Assembly (NCBI RefSeq): GCF_964355755.1
Contig: NC_092673.1
Location: 17,791,648-17,855,647, forward strand
Direction of reading: 5' to 3'
Source of the DNA: Antedon mediterranea
Lineage: Eukaryota > Animalia > Echinodermata
DNA length: 64,000 bases
The notes below the pieces were generated by a model. It did no database searches. It had not been told where the DNA came from and saw nothing but the letters and a program-made list of their open reading frames with translations. Shown piece after piece: positions 54,301 through 64,000 of the stretch. The position numbers were made by a program, and so were the translations under genes. Position 1 is the stretch's first letter. Each line of letters opens with the position of its first letter.

Positions 54301-57300
54301 ATTGTGACATAAGTTGACAATTTTAAAATTGTGTATTGTACTGTACATAAATTAGAACATATTCAGATTTGATTTATTAAGTTATTCATCATCATACATA
54401 GTACAATGATAATTGTTTTCTTGGCAGAAAAACACAAGCAAAACAATACACACATAATATTTACATTCATGATCAACATGGAAATTAGCAACTGATAAAG
54501 CAATATAAAATACAAATGACTTCATCTTACAAAATTTGCATCTTAATTTATACTAAGAAACATTCACTGGTCTAATGTTAGACACCAGTGTACTGATATA
54601 CTGTAGGCCTATGAAATATTTTTGTCAAATACTAGTTTCTCATCATTACCATTCCAAATTATTCGCATTATTGCCTTTTAATTTAGAGTTAAATTTTGTT
54701 GTATCCTAATTCGAGTAACATTTTATGTAAGTTTTTTATTTTTTATTATTACAAAATATGTTTTTGTATTATACTCTATACTGTATATACAGTAAGAATG
54801 AAGAAGGTAGATTGATTAATTAATTTGTCAGATGTATTTTATATTCTACATAATTTACTACGATAAGCCTATTATTACTTTTGTAATTATTCATTTAGTA
54901 TTGATATTTTGTCTATATACAGAATCATCTGAAGATTTTCGGACAAAACCAACATCTTGGGAAATGTCGGACTTACAAACCAAGTTCAACCACCTCAAAT
55001 GTGATCTTGGCAAACACTATGATGGGGAAAGATACCTTTGGCTAAAATGTTGCTTATTTGATGTTATTCCTAGAGCAGACCTCACACGTACTGATTTCAT
55101 AGCAACTGATCTGTTCAATGCGCTCCATGACAACAGTAAAATCAAACCGGATGATGTCACCATCCTTTTTGAGGTTGCCGAATTATCAGGTTTGCAGCTT
55201 GCTGTAGATCTTGTAAAGCAGTATATGGAAGATAACAACGTCAAAGGTACTGGTGACAAGTTATCCTCTTACCGGAAACGGTTATTTAGGGCTCTGAAAG
55301 AAGTTGGACCAGACAAGTTACAAGATGTCGTTGCTTATTATGGCATTCGAAGATTTGGTTTTCAAAACATGTGGGACGTAGTGTTTTACTTGGAAAGCGT
55401 TTTACAGCTTGAGGATGAACCATCAAAATTAAATGTGTTTGCTGCACATATTGGAATGCGAGCAAGAAATATTTTATGTAAGTATTTAATTTTCTATTAT
55501 AATATTTTATTTCTGTTCCATGTGGAAGAAAGAAAGTTATGGATAGGTATCGTTAGACTGTTATGCTTTATCATCATCATTACTTCATCATAATTATATC
55601 TCAGTCGTTGTCATCACTATTCATCATTATCAATCAAAATAAAAACTATACTAATGCTATTATTATTGTTTTATTACATTATATAGGCCTTCTTAAAAAA
55701 ACAGTACCCGAGTCAGTGTCAGGGAGGATATTTGGAGGTAGTGATTATTCTATTAAAATTCAGACAATGTTGGTACAAGTATCGTATTGGTATGACGAGC
55801 ATGATTCACTTGATATGCTGAAGGTGTTGTGCAAAGATCTGATAACGCCTAACAATGCTCTACAAAATGCTGACACCACCATGGAGTTGTTTGATTTATT
55901 GCAACAGGCTGGGTGTCTTTCCACTACCAACTTTAAAGTTCTTATCGATATCATCAATATCACCGGTACCAAAGGTGCTCTTGAGGCTAACAAATATCTG
56001 AAGAACATGTTTGATGAATCTGATCATCATGTTACATCTTTTACAACGTATCGACAGAAACTGATAGATTTCGGCAAAACACTTTCCCAAGACAATTTAA
56101 GAATGCTGATCAGTCTAAACGATGTTTCTAGGAGACAATGTGTCAACCAGTGGACTGTGATACTAGATCTTGAACAAAGGGGCATCCTGAGGGAAGATAC
56201 ATTGCAATCATTTATCAAACATTTAAAGGAAAATAAGATGACTGTTGCTGCTGAAACGTTAGAAGGTTAAGTTAATTCTCAGTATTATGTACTAAATAAC
56301 TGATAAGTTTGTCTGTGTACTGCAAGTATAGATCATGAAATGGTTTAATTTCTACTTTTTAAAATTAACTCTATATTATAATTAAAATAAGAGGAGAAAA
56401 ACAGCTTTTTTTCAGAACTCAATATTTATTTTTTACTTAAACTATGACACACACCTACAGTATTCTATTTTTTGGTCTGAAATGCTTTGTGTTCTTCTCC
56501 TTATTTCTCCAGTTTTTGTGTTGTGTTAATATTTTTATAATATGTTACTATTACTGTATTTATTACAATAGCATTTTAATTAATACTTTTTTTCTTGTTT
56601 ATTGGAGTCTATAGTTAACATTTTAAATTCTTTTTTTTAATCTCATAATGTAATTTTATTTATTATATAATAATGTAGTATTTATATAGTTTGTAGATTT
56701 ATTTTGTCAGATGTATTTTATATTCTACATAATTTACTACGATAAGCCTATTATTACTTTTGTAATTATTCATTTAGTATTGATATTTTGTCTATATACA
56801 GAATCATCTGAAGATTTTCGGACAAAACCAACATCTTGGGAAATGTCGGACTTACAAACCAAGTTCAACCACCTCAAATGTGATCTTGGCAAACACTATG
56901 ATGGGGAAAGATACCTTTGGCTAAAATGTTGCTTATTTGATGTTATTCCTAGAGCAGACCTCACACGTACTGATTTCATAGCAACTGATCTGTTCAATGC
57001 GCTCCATGACAACAGTAAAATCAAACCGGATGATGTCACCATCCTTTTTGAGGTTGCCGAATTATCAGGTTTGCAGCTTGCTGTAGATCTTGTAAAGCAG
57101 TATATGGAAGATAACAACGTCAAAGGTACTGGTGACAAGTTATCCTCTTACCGGAAACGGTTATTTAGGGCTCTGAAAGAAGTTGGACCAGACAAGTTAC
57201 AAGATGTCGTTGCTTATTATGGCATTCGAAGATTTGGTTTTCAAAACATGTGGGACGTAGTGTTTTACTTGGAAAGCGTTTTACAGCTTGAGGATGAACC

Positions 57301-58831
57301 ATCAAAATTAAATGTGTTTGCTGCACATATTGGAATGCGAGCAAGAAATATTTTATGTAAGTATTTAATTTTCTATTATAATATTTTATTTCTGTTCCAT
57401 GTGGAAGAAAGAAAGTTATGGATAGGTATCGTTAGACTGTTATGCTTTATCATCATCATTACTTCATCATAATTATATCTCAGTCGTTGTCATCACTATT
57501 CATCATTATCAATCAAAATAAAAACTATACTAATGCTATTATTATTGTTTTATTACATTATATAGGCCTTCTTAAAAAAACAGTACCCGAGTCAGTGTCA
57601 GGGAGGATATTTGGAGGTAGTGATTATTCTATTAAAATTCAGACAATGTTGGTACAAGTATCGTATTGGTATGACGAGCATGATTCACTTGATATGCTGA
57701 AGGTGTTGTGCAAAGATCTGATAACGCCTAACAATGCTCTACAAAATGCTGACACCACCATGGAGTTGTTTGATTTATTGCAACAGGCTGGGTGTCTTTC
57801 CACTACCAACTTTAAAGTTCTTATCGATATCATCAATATCACCGGTACCAAAGGTGCTCTTGAGGCTAACAAATATCTGAAGAACATGTTTGATGAATCT
57901 GATCATCATGTTACATCTTTTACAACGTATCGACAGAAACTGATAGATTTCGGCAAAACACTTTCCCAAGACAATTTAAGAATGCTGATCAGTCTAAACG
58001 ATGTTTCTAGGAGACAATGTGACAACCAGTGGACTGTGATACTAGATCTTGAACAAAGGGGCATCCTGAGGGAAGATACATTGCAATCATTTATCAAACA
58101 TTTAAAGGAAAATAAGATGACTGTTGCTGCTGAAACGTTAGAAGGTTAAGTTAATTCTCAGTATTATGTACTAAATAACTGATAAGTTTGTCTGTGTACT
58201 GCAAGTATAGATCATGAAATGGTTTAATTTCTACTTTTTAAAATTAACTCTATATTATAATTAAAATAAGAGGAGAAAAACAGCTTTTTTTCAGAACTCA
58301 ATATTTATTTTTTACTTAAACTATGACACACACCTACAGTATTCTATTTTTTGGTCTGAAATGCTTTGTGTTCTTCTCCTTATTTCTCCAGTTTTTGTGT
58401 TGTGTTAATATTTTTATAATATGTTACTATTACTGTATTTATTACAATAGCATTTTAATTAATACTTTTTTTCTTGTTGATTGGAGTCTATAGTTAACAT
58501 TTTAAATTCTTTTTTTTAATCTCATAATGTAATTTTATTTATTATATAATAATGTAGTATTTATATAGTTTGTAGATTTATTTCGCATGCTATTGTTCAT
58601 TTTTGCTTGATTGTTGAACTTAATTTACTCAAAGCTATTTTAAAATCTTATTATATTTTTAGATAATTTTCCAACATTTCAATATCCCAATATTGCTGCT
58701 CGTGATTATCAAGATGCATACAATGAAGCCTTGAAAGGAGGGTCTGTCAAAGTGAATCTTGGAATGCTTAAAGTAATTGGACAGGAAGGAGTGGGTAAAA
58801 CATGCCTCATTAATGCATGTCTTGGAAAAGA
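48803..58831 (+). CDS. Roco gene B (3'-truncated by window): about 10 DED-like domains followed by a Roc P-loop exon
   Basis: In-frame exon chain 48803-48827, 50398-50913, 54923-55477, 55687-56265, 56802-57356, 57566-58144, 58663-58831, all GT-AG and all joined in phase 1. Confidence 0.82.
48835..50130 (-). mobile_element. L2/CR1-clade LINE 3' fragment
   Basis: LYVSSVRPSLDYCCTVWG and KRAARLI...PSSEMF...WLP join after removing the nested element; (AAT)n tail. Confidence 0.75.
49305..49921. mobile_element. Kolobok-like non-autonomous element
   Basis: TTAA|agacaccttccctac ... gtagggaaggtgtct|TTAA. Confidence 0.8.
50398..50913 (+). CDS. Gene B tandem DED-like exon 1
   Basis: FRQLVAEI...LKLLYKD...WDLLNDL...GSLSSSNLTIL and FRQKVYQLGLQL...IMDFEHRGII; phase 1-1. 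Confidence 0.85.
51550..54095 (-). mobile_element. Decayed Ty1/Copia LTR retrotransposon with deletions and insertions
   Basis: Copia-type PBS GGTTATGGGCCCAG at 54088-54075; gag-like FYFDGEAEHYELW and DDQSLELVMRD...GKEAWEIL; knuckle relic NCGGSGH; integrase-like RCILLDSGL..TFWTYAV..AA..CNR...PYE. Confidence 0.85.
53330..53633 (-). mobile_element. tRNA-derived SINE
   Basis: Minus-strand A box TGGCCGAGCGG, B box GTTCGAG, central core, LINE-like 3' hairpin tail. Confidence 0.8.
54923..55477 (+). CDS. Gene B tandem DED-like exon 2
   Basis: LKCCLFDVIP...DLFNAL...IKPDDVTILFEV and SSYRKRLFRAL...WDVVFYLE; tacag acceptor, gtaagt donor. Confidence 0.88.
55687..56265 (+). CDS. Gene B tandem DED-like exon 3
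   Basis: LKVLCKDLI...MELFDLLQQAGCLSTTNFKVL and TYRQKLIDFGKTLS...ILDLEQRGIL; phase 1-1. Confidence 0.88.
56802..57356 (+). CDS. Gene B tandem DED-like exon 4 (duplicate of exon 2)
   Basis: Identical translation to 54923-55477. Confidence 0.85.
57566..58144 (+). CDS. Gene B tandem DED-like exon 5 (duplicate of exon 3, one V>D change)
   Basis: QCVNQW vs QCDNQW. Confidence 0.85.
58663..58831 (+). CDS. Gene B Roc P-loop exon (LKVIGQEGVGKTCLINAC)
   Basis: tttttag acceptor, gtaagt donor; paralog of 10396-10564 with the same length and phases. Confidence 0.92.
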
Positions 58832-59600
58832 GTAAGTAGTAGGACAGTGAAATTGACATTACAAACTAATTGTGAGCAAACTAAGAATTACAAACCAGCC
58901 AACTTTTATTGATTTGTTTTTGATAAACTACTACTTTCTAAATATTGCAGTATAATAGATCTAACAATAGTTGAATAAAAACTTTTAGAAATATATAAAT
59001 CAGTTACTACCTAATCATAAAACCATCAAATTTTCTATAGATTATAGAATTTAATTTTAATCTTGTATTCTTTCTAGGAAAAAAAATCATACGAATTGTT
59101 GAGTAACTTGACTTCCTAAATGTATAATTTGCTTCCAATATTCTTAAAGTCATGTAAGGCACAATTGGCTAGTTTTATGTACATTCTTTAATTTAACTGT
59201 ACAAAAAGGTATTTTACCAAAACAATTGAAGGATGCAAATGTTGTACCTATTTTCAAAAGAAATGGAAAACCCAAAGACGAAATGAAAAGCTATCGTCCA
59301 GTGTCTTTAACTCCCATAATTTGTAAGATTATTGAGAAATTGCTTTGCTATCATTTAAGGGAATATCTAGAATATAATAATATCCTTTCAGAAAATCAGT
59401 TTGGGTTTAGACAAATGTATAGTACTGAACTTTTACTTTCAAAGGTTTTTCATTCATGGGCACAGAGCTTAGAACTTAAAGGCTGTAAAAATATTGATAT
59501 TATTTTTCTTGATTTTTCGTCTGCATTTGATAAGGTGTCTCATAAAAGATTAATTAAGAAACTTAATAACTGTGGCATTGGTGGAAACACTAATGCATGG

Positions 59601-62600
59601 CAGGGCCGTAGCCAGGATCTGTCAAGGGAGGTTCGGACAATAAGTATTTTATTCCACCCAATCATTCACACATGAATTAAAAAATTCATCGACAAACGAA
59701 ATATAGCCTATATTCATTCCTTTTAAATATTAGGCATATTGCCAAGGCTAATAATCGATTTGTCCATAATTATTGCGTTTTGCCGGGGGTTTTCCATAAT
59801 CTAAGGCCAATTTTTAGGCCAAATCATAATTGTGCGTAATACGTCATAACACATGTGGTTTTTTTCTTGAGGAAACCGGGGTGGCGACCTCGTGGGTTGA
59901 TGCATGGAGAAATCAGTTTTCTGAAACCATGATTTCTCCATGGTTGATGTCAGTAATTACCACGTTGTTTGATTTTACGACGCGAGATCGTGTTTTCCCC
60001 CGGAAGGCCTACAGTACAGTGTTAACTGTTTGGCTTAGCATCAACCTTATTATTCGATGTTTTCCTTTACTAAACACTGGGAAATATCACTGTGTTTTAT
60101 TTGGTAACTGTCCGTTCAATACTTAAAAATATATTTAAGCTTCATATATATTTTATTTATATTAAAATATCTGGTAGTGACTGCCGCTATTTTGCCTGTT
60201 GTTGTTACTGATCGTTCAGGCGTGCAATCGGCCAGTCTAGTCAAAGATAGTGTAGTAGGAAGATGTTACACTTCGCTCAAAAATTAGAGAACCGCTCGAG
60301 ATAGGGCGCCTCTCACGACGAGTAGGGATAGACGAATCTGAAACATGAGGAGCGCAATGGCAAAGCCCAATGAAAATGGTGTTTTCGGCAATAAATTGAA
60401 AAAATAAGCCACAAAAAACAAACAAAAACTTCTTTTTTGTCTTTATTATACAAAGTTAAAAATTAATATGATGTTTTCATACTGTTTTTGGATCTTTTTA
60501 ATTGTTAATACATTTATTTGGAGTGAGTTTTGTCATGACATGACTGTAAACACTGAGCTAGGATCAGGAGGAGGCTTACGCGCGCCTGTAGACGCATTCA
60601 TGAATGGATGGTGGTCATCTCGTACCCAAACCAACCCGTACCCAAACCAACCCGTACCCATAAAAACTCTTACCTATCTTGGTAAACCCCAGTTAAGTCT
60701 GAAGTCATAATGCTAATTTTACAGTATACAGTATTGTTGTTGACAAACAATATATGATTTATGAATAAATTATAGCAATTCTTCTGCAATTTCTATAAAA
60801 CTCTAGGGGTAGAATCTTCGTTTCTATAGAAATTATCTGTTTCTATAGATTAACATAGAATTCTAAAACTTCTATAGATAGAATATTTTGTGTAAGGGTA
60901 GTATAATGAAAGGGGGTAAAGTAGGCCTCCCCGCGGATATTTTTTCCTTGATATAACCTTACCAATAATGAACTCATCATTGGCTTATAATTAATATTAT
61001 CAATAATGTTAGGCATTACATAATCAGGGCATATACAATTACGATGAATGCACGAACGTTCGGAGTGTTACAAGCATAATATAATAATTAGTTACAGTAT
61101 TATTAAATTATTAAAATTAATAGATAATTAACAATAATTGTTTTTTTTTTCAGTAAAAAAACATACTCGTAGTCCTAAATTCCTATAATGTTCAAGCCTA
61201 CTGGTACCGTATTCAGTTTATGCAGATCGACTATTTGTATAATATTATTGATTATAATAAATATTGATTGATTGATTGATTATTGATTACATGCCATACT
61301 ACCTATTCTCTTTTATTACCCTTAGAAATAAACCATACGTAATGGATTATTATATAGGCATACACAGTGTAGGCCTATTTACCACTATAGGCTCCTAATA
61401 TATTTATTCACTCTGATGAAGAAGTGTTTCTAAAGCTAGGTATTACATTTTCTATCTATGTCCAATGATAAACAATTAAATGTAAATAATTTTAAAAAGT
61501 TCAATTGATTTGCAAATAAAAAAATTAAAATAAAAGAAATAAAATACGAGTAGATAAATTCCAGGTACCTAAACAATTCCAGGTAATTGAAACACAAATT
61601 TGTATTCCAAAACATATAAATATGATTCATTTGCACTTTCTATAAAGATAACATTACATTTTATATGTTAATTCTTATTAAATCTTAATTTTACAGTCAT
61701 ATTATTCTTCTGTTATATAGCCTATTTCCTATACAATAACTTTCCGTATCCCTACTCGACGTGCGAGGCGCCCTTTAAATTTTAGCTCCATGTTGTCTCG
61801 CTTTTATTTGCATTGAACGAATAGGAAGTGTAACATCTTCCTACTACACTATATCTTTGGTCTAGTGTAGCAGCACCTAGCGTTGAAATAACTCATTGTT
61901 TACTTGACAATGACATGCTGATAATGACTTTCGTTGAATAAACAACTATACGTTGAAAGCCGTTCAACACAACGCAAACACAACGCAACGACAACGTGTT
62001 GAATGCGTTGTGATTTTTGCAATTAATTCTGTCCTGTACTGTAGTTCTGTATTTCCGATGCGTGTAGTAGTACCCTATTTATCTTCATTTCCGTACGTTC
62101 GTAAATATTAGGCCGAATTTCCGTAGTAATTTATAGACGTTCCGAAATTTGAACCGTGTTATGCGGGTAGTAGAGCAAAGTTTTCTTCTTTCTGCAAATG
62201 TCCTATCATTATTTTCTTTGTTTTATTTGGAGTGTGGTTTAAAACAACACTTTTGTAAAGTTTATAGTGGATAAATAGAAATGAATTTTTGGAAATTGTG
62301 GTTTTAACATCTGACTTTATTTAGCATTTTTAAATGAATTAAAATTCCAAATTATACAATTTAACCTTTTGCTCAATATATTTATAGCAACAGCTTCATA
62401 TTTTTTGTATAACTTTTTAAAATTATTAATTGATAATTAATTTACATTAATTGAGTACAGTTATTAGAATGTATTACCGTACCAAAAGTACTATCATTGG
62501 GGACTTACCCGTGACGTTCGCATTGAACGAAAAAAAAATTTATCATGAATTTTACGTGCGAGAGTACCATTTGCGGCCATATAGGGGTGTCATTTAACAA

Positions 62601-63343
62601 TTTGCTTGCTCAAATACTCAGTGTCTACAGCCCTGGAGTCTTTGGGCAACCCTCTTAAAATAGTCCTGCGACCGCCCCTGATAGCTCTATCTATATTTAT
62701 TTACAGCAATTTGTTGAGGAAACTAAATATATCAATGTAAATAGGTGGTATTGCTACAGTTGAGTAGGCCTACGTATCGGCTGGTGGTCTAGAACAAAAT
62801 AATCGAATGCTATAATGTAAACTACAGTACATGATACCATAGACATTATAGTGTAATATATTAATATTCACTATAATCCTCTATGATGATGATACACTAT
62901 ACTTCATAGCCACACATACATATTGTAGGTAACCACAGCGTTCCATTTTTTTATGTACGTCGGAAGGCTATATACTTTATGCATGCTGACTGCCAGTGAT
63001 CGAAACAATAGGTACGCGGTTGTCTAGCTGTGTCCTTTGTACGATTCGTTGTGCCCAAGCTCGCGCCAATATCATGTTACATCCTGGGACCAAAAATTTG
63101 TATTATTTTTCAGGCGAAAATCGGCAACCAATTCATTTGTATTCACGAACGAGTTTACAAATTTTTAAATTTACAAATAACCTTTTGTATTGTGGGGCAC
63201 GTATTTGGAGGATTTTCAGAGATGAGAGTGGTGAGGTATTGGGGATGTTGTGGATGGGGTTTCGCAGTGGGTTAGGGGGGGGGGGGGTTCGCTGTAAAGG
63301 GGGTTCGCCCGAACCATAAAAACCCCCCCTGGCTACAGGCCTG
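59601..63343. mobile_element. DNA transposon with 5-bp TSD inserted in the LINE
   Basis: TIR cagggccgtagccagg / cctggctacaggcctg, TSD catgg; removal restores NAW-ITDFLSNRRQRV. Confidence 0.9.
60242..61859. mobile_element. P-element-like non-autonomous element nested in 59601-63343
   Basis: TIR caaagatagtgtagtaggaagatgttacacttc, 7-bp TSD gtctagt. Confidence 0.78.
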
Positions 63344-64000
63344 CATGGATTACAGATTTTCTTTCAAATCGACGCCAAAGGGTTATTTACGGAGGAGAAG
63401 GTCAGAGTGGGTAAATGTTACTTCAGGGGTACCACAAGGGTCAGTTTTGGGCCCTTTTTTATTTTTGATTTACGTAAGTGATATTGTAAATAATATTTCT
63501 TCTTCACTTTTTCAATTTGCTGTTGATCACACATTATCACGTCCTATTTATAACAATAATGATTGTAAATTGCTTCAAAAGGATTTAAATTTAATTGCTA
63601 AATGGGCAAATGTAAACAAACTTCCCTTAAATCCTGTCAAGTGCACCGTAATGCGCATGTTACAAGATGTAAAGAGATCGTTAACTGGGATTATACCATA
63701 GAATCAGACAATATTCCTAAAGTTACAGAATTCAAATTTCTAGGTGTGTATGTAAATAGTTCGTTGTCTTATCATACACAAGTTATATGTTGTAAAGCAA
63801 GCAGATTGCTTGGTTTCATTTCAAAATGTAGTAAAAATATGTCCTGGTTAGCTATGTTGAACTTATACAAAGCTCTATTACTTCCAGTGGTTACCTACTG
63901 TTGTTCAATGTGGGCACCATTTGAGAAATCATATATTAATAGAATAGAAAGTATACAAAGGAAAGCAACAAGGATAATAATGTTTAGAAAGGAAGGTTCC

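Larger units (their letters stand above)
54824..58581. repeat. 1879-bp direct tandem duplication covering two DED exons
   Basis: 54824-56702 vs 56703-58581; only two differences seen by eye (56143/58022 and 56600/58479). Confidence 0.97.
59080..64000 (+). mobile_element. CR1/L2-clade LINE reverse transcriptase relic, interrupted and frameshifted
   Basis: ANVVPIFK, YRPVSLT, QFGFR, FLDFSSAFDKVSH, then GVPQGSVLGPFLFLIY and FAVD after the insertion. Confidence 0.92.

Noticed and set aside
55017-58097. Several minus-strand ORFs over the DED exons
   Set aside because: Antisense shadows of the + strand coding exons

Overview
AT-rich eukaryotic (animal, invertebrate-like) genomic DNA with spliceosomal GT-AG introns and dense transposon relics. 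Most ORFs in the supplied track are exon fragments or noise. Manual splicing gives two paralogous + strand genes of one Roco (Roc GTPase-COR) family. Gene A (5' end off-window; exons 1747-24955) chains in frame as [partial Roc-COR]-[complete Roc-COR]-linker-two predicted transmembrane helices-stop, i.e. a membrane-anchored protein with tandem Roc-COR modules. Gene B (about 48803 to beyond the window) starts with five phase-1 exons, each encoding a tandem pair of death-effector-domain (DED)-like folds (about 10 DEDs; two of the exons come from a near-perfect 1879-bp duplication), spliced to the same Roc P-loop exon (GQEGVGKT). Together they suggest an exon-shuffled poly-DED / Roc-COR(n) / 2TM family that resembles an NLR-like death or immune signalling receptor with a Roco core in place of NACHT (inference). 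The remainder is minisatellites, Helitron/Helentron-type elements, DNA transposons with 5-bp TSDs, MULE-like, Kolobok-like, P-like and Harbinger-like elements, a non-autonomous LTR element, a decayed Copia, L2/CR1 LINE fragments and a tRNA-derived SINE. All calls are by eye, with no database searches.
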